This document shows positions 18,900 through 29,834 of a stretch of 64,000 nt of DNA, one piece after another. Location of the stretch: the IMG/VR virus record IMGVR_UViG_2775506835_000006, positions 1-64,000 of that record; one strand, given 5' to 3'. Position 1 is the first letter of the stretch. Each line of letters starts with the position of its first letter. The translations under genes were made by a program, and so were the position numbers. The DNA comes from a virus. Lineage: Duplodnaviria > Caudoviricetes. The notes below the pieces were generated by a model, which was not told the origin of the DNA, ran no database searches, and worked only from the letters and a program-made list of their open reading frames with translations.

Positions 18900-19391
18900 A
18901 TGACACGGACTATCCTGTTGGAATGCTTGCGTGATGAGACCATGGAGGCTGTACACGACATCATTATGCCGGTATCCATGCAGAAAGGTGATGTTGACCA
19001 GGCATACCGGCCAGCTGATACCTACTTGGCCCGGTTGCCGGACAGCTCGGCCGCCAAGAAAAAAGTCCCTTATATTCTGCATCAGATCATCACCGGTAAG
19101 GACGCCCAGACATCGGGACAGAAGGTTCTGTCCACGGCTACCGTTCGTACCATCTTCTGTGTGTACAACAACGATGAACAGGAGGGTGGTCTTACGCTGC
19201 TCAACCTCATGGAACGGCTGCGTATCCAACTGCTCCGCAAGGTCGTTATCGGTAACCAGTTCACTCTTGACTTGGAGGCAGGACTGGAAGTGCTAGTTTA
19301 TCCCGAGGATACCGCCCCGTATTATGCCGGAGAGATGATAAGCGTTTGGAAACTCCCGGCAGTAGAAAGAGAGGTAAGACAATGGCTGTAA
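18900..19391 (+). CDS. Putative tail completion/terminator protein
   Basis: Position before sheath. Confidence 0.55.
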   Translation: MTRTILLECLRDETMEAVHDIIMPVSMQKGDVDQAYRPADTYLARLPDSSAAKKKVPYILHQIITGKDAQTSGQKVLSTATVRTIFCVYNNDEQEGGLTLLNLMERLRIQLLRKVVIGNQFTLDLEAGLEVLVYPEDTAPYYAGEMISVWKLPAVEREVRQWL

Positions 19392-19741
19392 ATGATAAAA
19401 TTGCCGAGCCGGCCCCCGCGGCGGATATTGAGGTTACCACAACCAAGGCTGATGATCAGTCGGCCAAAAAGAACATCTTGCAAAAGAAACCTGATGGTTT
19501 TTCCGGATTTTGCTGTTACATAGGACCAACCATCATCGGGGTTATTCAGTCCGGAACAATCTACCCCAAGTCCAAAGCAGAGGTGCTGAAGGACCTCGAG
19601 TCCGAAGTCAAGAAGCATCCGCTAATTGCTTCGCTGGTGGTGGGCGGCGAGACACTGGCCACTGACCGAATCAAGGTGAAAACGCCTGGAAACTTGCTTT
19701 TTGTAAACTATAGAAAACTTGCTTCCGGAAAGAACAAATAG
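19382..19741 (+). CDS. Hypothetical protein
   Basis: YIGPTI motif, RBS, overlapping start. Confidence 0.6.
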   Translation: MAVNDKIAEPAPAADIEVTTTKADDQSAKKNILQKKPDGFSGFCCYIGPTIIGVIQSGTIYPKSKAEVLKDLESEVKKHPLIASLVVGGETLATDRIKVKTPGNLLFVNYRKLASGKNK

Positions 19742-19754
19742 GGAGGAAACACAT

Positions 19755-21173
19755 ATGAATCACAGCGTATTTATCTCCGAACAAGCGACGAGTGTTAGCA
19801 CGCCTATTGTAGCTGAATCCGGCGTTCCTTTTGTCGTGGGCTTAGCGCCGGTACAGAGTGCAATTTCCCCGGGAAAGGCCGGTGTACCTGTACTCTGTAC
19901 CAGCTGGACAGAAGCGGTAGAAAAGCTTGGATATTCGGACAATTGGGAAGATTACACCCTTTGTGAATTTATGTATTCGCATTTCAAATTGTTTGGGTGT
20001 CAGCCTGCAGTCTTCTGCAATGTGTTGGATATTTCCAGTATGAAGGAAAGTGCAGCGGCAGCGGATGTGGAACTATCCGATCACAAAGCGAAACTGCCTA
20101 TTGAGGCCATTGACGATGCAAGATTAGTGCTCAAAGCTTCCGGCGCAACCGGCGCAGCCTATGTCAAGGGTACTGACTATAGCACCTATTATGACGGGGA
20201 ACATCTGGTCATCGAAGTGCTTGCCGGTGGCGCCTGTTATGATGCCGAAACAATCAGTGCAGCATACAACAAGGTTACCCCTTCTTCGGTTAACGCCGTC
20301 AATATCGCCGCTGCAATGGAAAGCATTGAACTGTGCATGACCACCTTGGGAGTGGTTCCCGATTTGATCTGTGCCCCGAGATTTTCCAGTGAGAGCACAG
20401 TGGCAGCTGTTATGGCAACCAAGGCGGGGAGTATCAACGGAATGTTCAAAGCAAAAGCCCTGATCGACATTAGTTCTAAAGAGGGCGGGGCAGAAAGCTA
20501 CACCGAGGCAATTTCCTTGAAGAAGGCCAACAACTTTATCGATACGAATGAAATCCTCTCCTGGCCGATGTTAAAACTGGGTGATTACACCTTCCATATG
20601 TCCACGCAGCAAGCGGGCTTAATGGCTCAGGTGGACAGCAACAACGGCTGTCCTTATGAGAGTCCTTCCAACAAGGCATTTCGGTGCGATGCAATGGTTT
20701 TGGAGGACGGTTCGGAAGTCAACTTGACGTTGGAGCAAGCCAACATGCTGAATTTCAACGGAATTGGAACCGCGCTGAACTTTATGGGTGGTTGGATGTG
20801 TTGGGGCAATTACACTGCCTGTTATCCGGCCAGTACGGATGTTAAAGATTATTTTATCCCTGTGTCCCGGATGTTCGGCTGGATCGGCAATTCGCTTGTA
20901 CGTTCTTTCTGGAGCAAACTTGACAAGCCCATGAATCGCCGCTTGATTGATACAATTTTAGACTCTGCAAACATTTGGCTTAACGGTTTGGCCGGCGCCG
21001 GTTATCTGCTTGGCGCGCGAGCGGAAATGCTGGAGTCCGAGAATCCGGAAACCAGCCTGATGGCGGGGGTGATTAAAATTCATATTTATATGACGCCTCC
21101 CAGTCCTGCGCAGGAAATCGAATTTGTTCTGGAATACGATGCCGAGTATGTAGCCAGTGCGCTTCAGCCCTGA
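19755..21173 (+). CDS. Tail sheath protein
   Basis: H.V..SE, VVG.AP, SPSN, WGN, PPSPAQEIEF. Confidence 0.92.
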   Translation: MNHSVFISEQATSVSTPIVAESGVPFVVGLAPVQSAISPGKAGVPVLCTSWTEAVEKLGYSDNWEDYTLCEFMYSHFKLFGCQPAVFCNVLDISSMKESAAAADVELSDHKAKLPIEAIDDARLVLKASGATGAAYVKGTDYSTYYDGEHLVIEVLAGGACYDAETISAAYNKVTPSSVNAVNIAAAMESIELCMTTLGVVPDLICAPRFSSESTVAAVMATKAGSINGMFKAKALIDISSKEGGAESYTEAISLKKANNFIDTNEILSWPMLKLGDYTFHMSTQQAGLMAQVDSNNGCPYESPSNKAFRCDAMVLEDGSEVNLTLEQANMLNFNGIGTALNFMGGWMCWGNYTACYPASTDVKDYFIPVSRMFGWIGNSLVRSFWSKLDKPMNRRLIDTILDSANIWLNGLAGAGYLLGARAEMLESENPETSLMAGVIKIHIYMTPPSPAQEIEFVLEYDAEYVASALQP

Positions 21174-21188
21174 AAGGAGGGTTAATCA

Positions 21189-21698
21189 ATGGATCAAAGT
21201 GTTATTAACTTTGCAGTTTATGAAGACAGTGTAGAGTATATCGGCATGGCAAAGGCAACCCTGCCGGATCTCACCGCACTGACACAATCCATATCCGGTG
21301 CAGGAATCGCCGGAAATATAGAAGCTGTCATTCTGGGGCATTACGACGCAATGACGCTTGGACTGAGCTTCCGTACCACCAGTGAGCAGGCGGTTAAACT
21401 GTCCGAGCCCCGTCGTCATACGATTGATCTCCGGGTTGCACAGCAAACAGAGGATACCGTGGCCGGCGAAGTTAAAGTGCAAAAAATCAAACATATTTTA
21501 GTGGTGGTCCCGAAGTCGGATAAAGGCGGTTCCATTGCTCCCGCTGCTCCTACAGACGGCTCCGGAGAATATGCGGTTCGCTATTGGGCTACTTACATTA
21601 ATGGAAAAAAGAAGCGGGAAATCGACCCACTCAATTTCATTTGTTATGTGAACGGCGTCGATTATTTGGACGATGTCCGCAAAGCTCTCGGAAAGTAA
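21189..21698 (+). CDS. Tail tube protein (P2 FII-like)
   Basis: LPDL..GAGIAG..EID..N..VNGVD. Confidence 0.9.
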   Translation: MDQSVINFAVYEDSVEYIGMAKATLPDLTALTQSISGAGIAGNIEAVILGHYDAMTLGLSFRTTSEQAVKLSEPRRHTIDLRVAQQTEDTVAGEVKVQKIKHILVVVPKSDKGGSIAPAAPTDGSGEYAVRYWATYINGKKKREIDPLNFICYVNGVDYLDDVRKALGK

Positions 21699-21777
21699 AT
21701 AAATGCCCGGAACAGCCGTTCCGGGTTATTTTTTAATCAATACAGTCTGGTCTTCGACTGAAAAAAGGAGTGTCGTT

Positions 21778-22155
21778 ATGAACAGTAACGTTAAAAACGA
21801 TTATGGAGTTAATGTAAAGGAATTTTCTGCTGCTGAAAAAGAGGCGGAGAAAAGCGTCTTTGTGTATACTCATAAATTTACTTTGCCTTTTACATATGAA
21901 GACAAAACTTATGAGGAATTGATTTTCGATTGGGGAAGATTAACCGGTGAGGACGGGTTGTCCATTGAAAACGAGATGCAGGCATTAGGGAAACCGGTTA
22001 TTGTGCCGACTTTCTCCGGCGAATACTTGGTGCGTATGGCAGCCCGTGCCTGCACAATGCCCATTGGCGACGATGCTATCCGGGCCATGTCCATTTCCGA
22101 CTACAATAAAATTCGGAGCGCCGCGCGGTCTTTTTTGCTGAAATCGGAGCTGTAA
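21778..22155 (+). CDS. Tail assembly chaperone (gpE-like)
   Basis: LTGED motif, between tube and TMP, TTTTTTG slippery site near the end. Confidence 0.85.
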   Translation: MNSNVKNDYGVNVKEFSAAEKEAEKSVFVYTHKFTLPFTYEDKTYEELIFDWGRLTGEDGLSIENEMQALGKPVIVPTFSGEYLVRMAARACTMPIGDDAIRAMSISDYNKIRSAARSFLLKSEL

Positions 22156-22310
22156 TTGGCGATGGCGGAGAGTGGCTCCGAAAACAGTGTTTGATCTTGG
22201 CGCAGACAAATAACACTCCCGTTCCATTCTGGTTGTCTTTGCCGCTCTCAGATTTAAGTAAATGGATTCAAACGAGTAACAAGATTGTAGAAATCAGGAA
22301 TAAACGATAG
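22131..22310 (+). CDS. -1 frameshift extension of the chaperone (gpE'-like)
   Basis: T TTT TTG at 22131-22137; -1 frame open to TAG 22310 (WLRKQCLILA..FWLSLPL..W). Confidence 0.75.
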   Translation, partial: FFAEIGAVIGDGGEWLRKQCLILAQTNNTPVPFWLSLPLSDLSKWIQTSNKIVEIRNKR

Positions 22311-22328
22311 CGGAAAGGAGGACTTTGA

Positions 22329-25300
22329 ATGGCGAGCAGAAGAGAATATGAAATGCTGTTTCATCTGAACGCACAGCTCGGAAGCAGCTACAACGGCACC
22401 TTTAAGTCAGCGCAAAGCACTTTGTCGTCCATGCAAAAGGAAGTCTTAAATCTTAGCAAGACTCAATCAGATATCTCAGCATTTCAAAAGCAACAGGGTG
22501 CGGTAGAAGCAACCCGCCAAAAGTTATCCGTTTTGCAGCAGCAGTACGACAATATCCAAAAGGAAATAAAGGAAACGGAAGGATACTCCTCCTCACTGGA
22601 AAACAAGCTGCTTTCCAAACAACAGCAGATAGATCGGACATCCTCTTCTTTGGAGCAACAGACCCAAAAGCTGAATCAAATGGACACAGCTTTGCGGGAA
22701 GCTGGCGTTGACACCGGAAACCTTGATAAAGAGAGCGCCCGGCTCAGTACGCAAATGACTGAGCTGAAACAGAGTCAGGAGGATGCCGCCGAAGGGGCCA
22801 AGGACTTTGGAGAAGCATCTTCCGAAGCTTTTTCTGCTGTACAACAAGCTATTGTGGCGGCTGGTGTTGCAACAGCGCTTAAAGAGATTTACGAAGCTTT
22901 CATGGAGTGTGTTACTATTGCTGGAGATTTCGAGGAAGCGATGTCCAATGTTGAAGCCCTATCGGGAGCTACAGCTATGGACATGGCCGATTTAAGCGCC
23001 AAAGCCAAAGAACTTGGTGCGACTACCAAATTTACCGCCCAAGAATCTGCCGATGCCATGGGATACATGGCAATGGCCGGTTGGGATGCTGTCGACATGC
23101 TTTCCGGCATGGACGGTGTACTGCAATTGGCTGCTGCGTCCGGCGAAGACCTGGCCATGGTGTCTGATATTGTTACCGATAGTCTGAGTGCCTTTGGTCT
23201 GACAGCGGCAGATACTGCACATTTTTCTGATGTATTGGCAGCCACAGCAACCAATTCCAATACCAACGTGTCTATCATGGGCGAGACATTCAAGATGTCT
23301 GCATCCGTTGCAGGAGCGCTGGGATATTCCATTGAGGATGTGGCGACGGCAGTTGGCTTGATGGCAAACAGTGGTATCAAAGGGAGCATTGCTGGCACCG
23401 CGTTGAAGAACACCTTTAACGGTCTGTTGGAAGGCGTAACGCTGACCGGTGCAGCTTTTGGAGAGTATGAATATTCAGCAATTAAAGCCGATGGCAGTAT
23501 GAAATCCTTTGGCGGTACGATCAATGAACTGCGTAATTATTTTGACCAGATGACAGAAGCGGAACGCGTTAATAACGCGATGACGATTGCTGGACAACGC
23601 GGGTACAATGGTTTGCTCGCCATTCTAAATGCAACCGACGAGGATTATACTTCTCTGACTGACAGCATCAATAATTGCACCGGTGCAGCTGCAAAAATGG
23701 CAGCCATTAAATTGGACAACATGAACGGCCAATTGACCTTAATGAATTCCGCGTGGGACGCCTTAAAAACTACGATAGGTGAACAATTCACACCAGAAAT
23801 GCGTGGCCTGTACAGTATTGGAACGGATGTATTTGGGATGCTGAATGATTTTGTAGCGAAACATCCAGCGTTGGTTAAGGCAGTGATGGCATTTGTAGCG
23901 GTTCTCGGCACCGCTACTTTAGCGCTCACCGCTTATGCGACGATCTCAAAGGTAGTGAAAGCGTTGGATTTGGTCACTTTGTTTACAGGACCGGCCGGCG
24001 TAATTATCGGTGTGATTTCCGGTGTTGCCGCTCTCACTGCCGCGATAGTCGCGTTTGCGACTGCTACCAATGAAGCAATTCCCTCTGTCAGAGAATTGAC
24101 GACCGCTGCACAGGAAATGAACCAGGCAATGGAAGAGGCAAACAATATCTTTAACGAGACGGTAACTTCAACGCTAGCGACTGTCGATGTTGCTGAGACC
24201 TATATCAGAAAGCTGGAGGAACTGGAAGCAGCCGGTATTACCACAGACGAACAGGCCAAACAATATCACAACACCCTAGCGCTTTTGTGCCGTACCGTTC
24301 CGGAACTCACGGACTATATTGACTTGGAAAAAGATACGATTGAAGGCGGTACAGAAGCTTTGCGCACCCATACCAAGGCATGGAAAGAAAATGCCAAAGC
24401 ACAGGCGTATCAAGAGTATATGAACTCGCTCTATGATGAGTATAACGACGTTTTGCTTGAAGCTGCAGAGAATGAAATAGGACTGACAAAAGCTCAAATG
24501 CAGCTGGAAGATGCCAATAAAAAGCATGGCGACACGCTGGGTAAGATGAATAAGCTGTACGCTGAAGCTCAGAAATCCGCAGGAGATTACAATGAAAAGT
24601 ACGGTGGCTGGACGGAGGCAACAGATTATCTTACACAGGAATACTACGATCTGCAGGATACCCTCATCAGCATCAATGAAGAGGTTTACACGGCTGAACA
24701 GTGTGTGAATAATTACACCAAAGCAATTGAGGAAGATGGTAAAGCGACATCTGAAGCACAGAAAGCGATTGATTCGGCAGAAGAGGCATATAACCGGTTA
24801 ACGGGGACCACAGAAGAAAGCATTGAGGCCACAAAGGAAGCAGCTCGACAGGAGCAGGAGCTGCAATTTGTGATTGAAGACATTACCGGAAAAATGAACG
24901 ATCTTGCGGAAGCATATTCGTCTGCCTACTTTGAAGCGCTTAACAGCGTATCTGGTCAATACGAGCTCTGGGATAAGACGGAAAAGGTCGTTGCAACGAG
25001 CACGGATAAAATGAACGCCGCCATTGAAAGCCAAATTACATATTGGCAGAATTACAACTCCAATCTTCAATCTTTAACAGAGCGCAGCGGCGATATTGAA
25101 GGTTTAAGCGACGTCATAGCCAGCTTTGCAGATGGAAGCGAAGACAGTGTAAACGCGATTGCGGGTATGGCGAACGCCAGCGATAAAGACTTGGCTAAAA
25201 TGGTTGAAAACTGGCAGGCATTAAAAAAAGAGCAGGATACTACTGCCGGAAGTATTGCAGATCTTAAAACAGATTTTTCTGCGACTATGGACGAGCTGCA

Positions 25301-25901
25301 GAAAGAACTTGCCGCGGATATTGAAGCGATGAACCTTGGGCCTGAGGCGGCTGAAAGCGGAAAATCCACGATTCAGGGATTTATTGACGGCGCGGCTGAT
25401 ATGCTGGGACCGGTACAGGCAGCGTACGCCCGTATTGCCAAAGCTGCACAAAATGCGCTTAATCCAGGAACAGGAGGCGGTTCATCTGGAATTCCTGGCT
25501 ATGCCGTCGGAACGCAGTCCGCAGCTCCCGGTTTCGCTATGGTTGGAGAAAACGGGCCGGAAATTGTTTATTTTAACGGCGGGGAACAGGTCATGACTGC
25601 AACCGAAACAGCAGTAATGCAAAGAGGTTTACCTACATCTGAACTCCAAACAGTAACCTTTGCGCCTCAGCTATTAGAAGCATTGTCCTCCATGCGCGGT
25701 ACAAATGCACTTTCGGCGCAAGGAAACAGTGCGGGAAACAATATTCATTTGACGGTTGCCCCGACTTATACCATTTCCGGCGTTACCAGCTCCAGAGGAA
25801 TAGAGGATATTCTTCGCCGGCATGACGAGGATCTGCGCAATTACATTTTGGAGATTATGCAACAGGCTGATATTGACTCGACCAGGAGGGCTTACCGATG
25901 A
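22329..25901 (+). CDS. Tape measure protein (TP901-type core)
   Basis: AKELGATTKFTAQE, GIKGSIAGTALK; C-terminal YAVGT..VGENGPE. Confidence 0.93.
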   Translation: MASRREYEMLFHLNAQLGSSYNGTFKSAQSTLSSMQKEVLNLSKTQSDISAFQKQQGAVEATRQKLSVLQQQYDNIQKEIKETEGYSSSLENKLLSKQQQIDRTSSSLEQQTQKLNQMDTALREAGVDTGNLDKESARLSTQMTELKQSQEDAAEGAKDFGEASSEAFSAVQQAIVAAGVATALKEIYEAFMECVTIAGDFEEAMSNVEALSGATAMDMADLSAKAKELGATTKFTAQESADAMGYMAMAGWDAVDMLSGMDGVLQLAAASGEDLAMVSDIVTDSLSAFGLTAADTAHFSDVLAATATNSNTNVSIMGETFKMSASVAGALGYSIEDVATAVGLMANSGIKGSIAGTALKNTFNGLLEGVTLTGAAFGEYEYSAIKADGSMKSFGGTINELRNYFDQMTEAERVNNAMTIAGQRGYNGLLAILNATDEDYTSLTDSINNCTGAAAKMAAIKLDNMNGQLTLMNSAWDALKTTIGEQFTPEMRGLYSIGTDVFGMLNDFVAKHPALVKAVMAFVAVLGTATLALTAYATISKVVKALDLVTLFTGPAGVIIGVISGVAALTAAIVAFATATNEAIPSVRELTTAAQEMNQAMEEANNIFNETVTSTLATVDVAETYIRKLEELEAAGITTDEQAKQYHNTLALLCRTVPELTDYIDLEKDTIEGGTEALRTHTKAWKENAKAQAYQEYMNSLYDEYNDVLLEAAENEIGLTKAQMQLEDANKKHGDTLGKMNKLYAEAQKSAGDYNEKYGGWTEATDYLTQEYYDLQDTLISINEEVYTAEQCVNNYTKAIEEDGKATSEAQKAIDSAEEAYNRLTGTTEESIEATKEAARQEQELQFVIEDITGKMNDLAEAYSSAYFEALNSVSGQYELWDKTEKVVATSTDKMNAAIESQITYWQNYNSNLQSLTERSGDIEGLSDVIASFADGSEDSVNAIAGMANASDKDLAKMVENWQALKKEQDTTAGSIADLKTDFSATMDELQKELAADIEAMNLGPEAAESGKSTIQGFIDGAADMLGPVQAAYARIAKAAQNALNPGTGGGSSGIPGYAVGTQSAAPGFAMVGENGPEIVYFNGGEQVMTATETAVMQRGLPTSELQTVTFAPQLLEALSSMRGTNALSAQGNSAGNNIHLTVAPTYTISGVTSSRGIEDILRRHDEDLRNYILEIMQQADIDSTRRAYR

Positions 25902-26110
25902 AGAGGACTTACACAACGGTTCAGGGAGATATGTGGGACAGCATCGCCAATGCACAACTGGGCGATGTGTCTTATACCGATAAGTTAATGAATCTCAATC
26001 AGCAATACCGTAATTTTTTTACATTCCCAGCCGGAATCGAACTGATCCTTCCAGATCCGGTTGAAACGGTTGGCAATGCACTGCCGCCCTGGAAGGCGGC
26101 GGTTGGATGA
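25898..26110 (+). CDS. Tail protein X (LysM-like)
   Basis: YTTVQGDMWDSIA..LPPWK. Confidence 0.88.
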   Translation: MKRTYTTVQGDMWDSIANAQLGDVSYTDKLMNLNQQYRNFFTFPAGIELILPDPVETVGNALPPWKAAVG

Positions 26111-27639
26111 GCCGGGTGGAACAAGCCCGCCGTACAACGGCAGAAATTGCATTTGACGGGGTGAATATTACATCATCCATTCGGCCCTATCTGCTGTCGG
26201 TTACATATACGGATAACGAAGAGGATGAAACGGATGACCTTCAACTTCGTATTCAGGACCGGGATAATGTATGGATGTGTAAATGGCTGAACGATGCAAT
26301 ACAGGCAGCTGCTGCAACAGCCGAAGTGCCTACTGCAAACAAAGCATCTTCCAAAAGTTATACGGTTACGGCGAAAAGTGGATTGAATGTGCGCTCCGGA
26401 CCAGGGACGAGTCACGGCAGGTTGGGAACGCTTGCCTACGGCACAGTTGTCGATGTGTCTTCTATTTCCAATGGGTGGGCGAAGATCCAGTACAGTGGAA
26501 AAACGGCCTATATCAGCGCCGGCTATATCGCACAAGGCAGTTCCAGCGGGATTACGTCGACTTGGAACATTGGAGATTCTGTGATTGCAAATGGGCGCCC
26601 GCAGTATACAAGCTATGGTAACGGTACGCCAGGCAAAAATGTTACAAATTACAGAGGAAACATTACACATCTAAACCTGAAAAGCGGAGTTCCATACCCC
26701 ATCCATGTCGGAAACTTGGGGTGGTTTGCAGAGAGTCAAATCACAAAAGCTACATCTACAGAAGCAGGGGGGAGTTCTGGGACAAAGGGTCTTCGGATTC
26801 AGGCGGTGATTGTACGTGAAAATTGGACAGGTGATGGAAAAGACCTTATTCTTGACTGCGGACAATTTGCTCTCGATTCAATTGATGCGTCCGGACCACC
26901 CGCCGTTATCACCATAAAAGGGACATCGCTTCCATATAGCTCCCAAATTCGTCAGACCAAAAAGTCCAAGGCGTGGGAATCCTACACATTATCCGGCCTT
27001 GCCAATGAGATGGCCGCATCCAACGGAATGACCTGCCTTTATTTGGCAGCGAATGTTCCTTTCTACGAGAGGGTAGAACAGTACAATACCAGCGATATCA
27101 ACTTCCTCTCCACGCTTTGCCATAACGCTGGGATTTCCCTCAAAGCAACCAACAACGTTCTTGTACTGTTCGATCAAGCTTCTTATGAGGCGAAGAGCGC
27201 AGTGTTGACCATCAAGCGGGGGGACGGTACCTATACCAAATATAAACTGAGTGTCGGGCAAGCTGATATCCAATATTCCTCCTGCCGTGTCAGCTATGTG
27301 AATCCGTCTACCGGAAAGTGTATCCAGGCCATAGCCTATGTTGAGGAATACAAATCGGATTCCAAAAAGAATCAACAATTGGAAGTGAAAGCGAAGGTAT
27401 CCAGTATTGCAGAAGCGAAAGATTTGGCCGAAAAACGGTTAAGGCTGCACAACAAATATGAACGGACTGCAACGTTTACTTTGCCGGGCAATCCCAATTT
27501 GGCGGCTGGCGTCACCGTCTTTCTTTCCGGTTGGGGAGCATGGGACGGGAAGTATATCGCCAAACAGGCGAAACATTCTGTAACTGACAGCGGATATACG
27601 GTGCAGGTACAGCTCCGCCGTGTATTGGAGGGATATTGA
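26107..27639 (+). CDS. Baseplate hub (gpD-like) with inserted SH3b domain
   Basis: YTD..DDLQL N-terminus, PGNP.L.AG C-terminus; insert LNVRSGPGT..GWAKIQY..YIS. Confidence 0.85.
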   Translation: MSRVEQARRTTAEIAFDGVNITSSIRPYLLSVTYTDNEEDETDDLQLRIQDRDNVWMCKWLNDAIQAAAATAEVPTANKASSKSYTVTAKSGLNVRSGPGTSHGRLGTLAYGTVVDVSSISNGWAKIQYSGKTAYISAGYIAQGSSSGITSTWNIGDSVIANGRPQYTSYGNGTPGKNVTNYRGNITHLNLKSGVPYPIHVGNLGWFAESQITKATSTEAGGSSGTKGLRIQAVIVRENWTGDGKDLILDCGQFALDSIDASGPPAVITIKGTSLPYSSQIRQTKKSKAWESYTLSGLANEMAASNGMTCLYLAANVPFYERVEQYNTSDINFLSTLCHNAGISLKATNNVLVLFDQASYEAKSAVLTIKRGDGTYTKYKLSVGQADIQYSSCRVSYVNPSTGKCIQAIAYVEEYKSDSKKNQQLEVKAKVSSIAEAKDLAEKRLRLHNKYERTATFTLPGNPNLAAGVTVFLSGWGAWDGKYIAKQAKHSVTDSGYTVQVQLRRVLEGY

Positions 27640-27974
27640 TGGAACTGGAAAGTATTTTATTGAGGTTGGTACAGATTGGGACTGTCAGTGCTGTGGACAA
27701 CGACAAACGGAAAGTCCGTGTGATCTTTCAGGACACAGGAGCTACTTCCGGCTGGTTGTATGTGCTGCAGCATTATGCGGCCGGTCTTTACATTGAGCCG
27801 GATGCAGAACACACACATACCATTACGGGAAGTAATAGTGCAAGCACCTGTCCTGCCCACGACCACATTCCAGGTTCGTATCTGGCCTATTGGATGCCAA
27901 AGGTCAATGATATCGTGTTGGTCCTGTATTTGCCCCTGGAAGACTCGGACGGATTCATATTGGGAGGGATGTAA
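27639..27974 (+). CDS. Baseplate spike (gpV-like)
   Basis: IGTVS..RV.F..SGWL..WMP.V.D.V..GFILG. Confidence 0.8.
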   Translation: MELESILLRLVQIGTVSAVDNDKRKVRVIFQDTGATSGWLYVLQHYAAGLYIEPDAEHTHTITGSNSASTCPAHDHIPGSYLAYWMPKVNDIVLVLYLPLEDSDGFILGGM

Positions 27975-28376
27975 ATGGCGCAGGTTGGATGCCTTGGAGT
28001 GATCCCCTTCGTTGTGTCTGCCGACATGATCCAGACCATCAATAACGTTGCCTGGTCCGGCTCCGTGCGATATGGAGAACATCAGCGACACCTTTCCAGT
28101 ACGCTTACAGAATTTACAGGCGTGAATCCGGATACGTTTTCCTTTGAAATGATACTTTCCGCTTATCTTGGCGTTGATCCAATGACCGCAATCGTTCAGC
28201 TTTGTCAGTATGAAAACAATGGAATTGCGGTGCCAGTGGTCATCGGAACTAGATCATATGGGAAGTATCGATGGACCGTGCAAAAGCATCAAATTAAAAT
28301 GACTGACTATGATAAGAGCGGCAACCTCGCTATTGCTGCTGTATCAGTTGAATTACTGGAATACCTGAAAGAATGA
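27975..28376 (+). CDS. gpU-like tail protein
   Basis: VG.LG..F.VS..EFTG..LLEY. Confidence 0.8.
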   Translation: MAQVGCLGVIPFVVSADMIQTINNVAWSGSVRYGEHQRHLSSTLTEFTGVNPDTFSFEMILSAYLGVDPMTAIVQLCQYENNGIAVPVVIGTRSYGKYRWTVQKHQIKMTDYDKSGNLAIAAVSVELLEYLKE

Positions 28377-28384
28377 GGTGCTCT

Positions 28385-28705
28385 ATGAGATACACAGTCA
28401 GTGCTCAAAGCTCCGGAATCGTTCAAATTAACGAGACTGACACGGTAGCTTCTATCCTGCAAAATGTAGCAATAATCCTTGCCACCCGAAAAGGAAGCGT
28501 GCCGTTATATCGTAATTTCGGACTCTCTCAAGAATTCGTGGATAAACCGATTTCCGTTGCAAAGTCCATGCTTTATGCGGAAATCAAGGAGGCCGTAGAG
28601 GCGTATGAACCACGTGCGGAGATCGTTAATATTTCTTTTCAGGAGGACGCGGCAGCGTTAGGCCGGCTGATTCCAGTGGTGGAGGTGGAGATTGTCAATG
28701 AGTAG
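28385..28705 (+). CDS. Baseplate wedge gpW/gp25-like
   Basis: T.KGSVP..R.FG..YEPR. Confidence 0.85.
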   Translation: MRYTVSAQSSGIVQINETDTVASILQNVAIILATRKGSVPLYRNFGLSQEFVDKPISVAKSMLYAEIKEAVEAYEPRAEIVNISFQEDAAALGRLIPVVEVEIVNE

Positions 28706-29834
28706 GAATGTTGAGTACCAATTTGTCAGCACAGATACGGAAACACTGATTGCGGACTTGGTGTCTGCATATGAAAAAATCACTGGCACCAGTGTGAAAC
28801 CAGCCAGTCCCGAAAAGCTGTTTATTCAATGGGTCGCATCTATAATCCTCCAGGAACGTATCCTGAACAACTACACCGGCAATCAAAACATTCCCAGCAG
28901 GGCGGAAGGAGAAAATCTGGACGCCTTGGGAGAATTGTTCTTTGTTACAGAACGCCCGGAAGCGCAAAGTGCAGTGTGTACCGAACGGTTTTATATTTCA
29001 GCGACTCAAAGCACCGCCATTCTGATTCCATCCGGTACGAGGGTAACCGATACAAGTAATGCACTGGTATGGGAAACGGTTTCCGACGTATATGTCCCTA
29101 TTGGCTCTCTCTATGTTGATGCACAGTTGAGGTGCCAAACACCAGGAGCAATAGGCAATGGATACGCGATCGGGCAGCTCAATAACCTAGTTGATTTGTT
29201 TGATTACTATGACCATTGCGAAAATATTACGGTCAGTGACGACGGCGCCGATGAAGCGACCGATGATGAATATTATGAATTGATGCGTGCCAGTACGGAT
29301 GGATATAGCTGCGCCGGCGCCAAGGGCGGATATGTTTACTTTGCCAAACAGGTATCCACTGAAATTGCAGATGTTGTTGCCAACCGTCCCAGCGACGGCT
29401 GCGTAGCTCTGTATATCTTGATGGATGACGGATCCATAGCTACTACAGAAATCAAGAATGCCGTGTTGGCAGCTTGCAATCCGGATTATGTCCGTCCACT
29501 GACGGATCGAATTTCTGTCGCTGATCCTGAAACAGTAAATTACAATATCACTTTTACCTATTACATATCCCGTGACACTTCTATTAGCTCTACGGAGATT
29601 CAACAGTCTGTCGATGCAGCTGTAAAGGAGTATACAGTGTGGCAATGTGGAAAATTGGGCCGAGATATCAATCCGTCTTATTTGATCGGACTGTTGATGC
29701 AAACCGGGATCAAACGGGTGGAATTGACAAGCCCGTCCTTTATTGCGTTGCGGGACGGCGCGGATAACACTGTTCCTCAGGTTGCCGCAGTAAATACGAT
29801 TGCGGTGACGGATGGAGGGCATGAGGATGAATAG
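28698..29834 (+). CDS. Baseplate J-like protein
   Basis: GENLDALG, DG.D..DD, AGA..Y, VRPLTD. Confidence 0.92.
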   Translation: MSRNVEYQFVSTDTETLIADLVSAYEKITGTSVKPASPEKLFIQWVASIILQERILNNYTGNQNIPSRAEGENLDALGELFFVTERPEAQSAVCTERFYISATQSTAILIPSGTRVTDTSNALVWETVSDVYVPIGSLYVDAQLRCQTPGAIGNGYAIGQLNNLVDLFDYYDHCENITVSDDGADEATDDEYYELMRASTDGYSCAGAKGGYVYFAKQVSTEIADVVANRPSDGCVALYILMDDGSIATTEIKNAVLAACNPDYVRPLTDRISVADPETVNYNITFTYYISRDTSISSTEIQQSVDAAVKEYTVWQCGKLGRDINPSYLIGLLMQTGIKRVELTSPSFIALRDGADNTVPQVAAVNTIAVTDGGHEDE

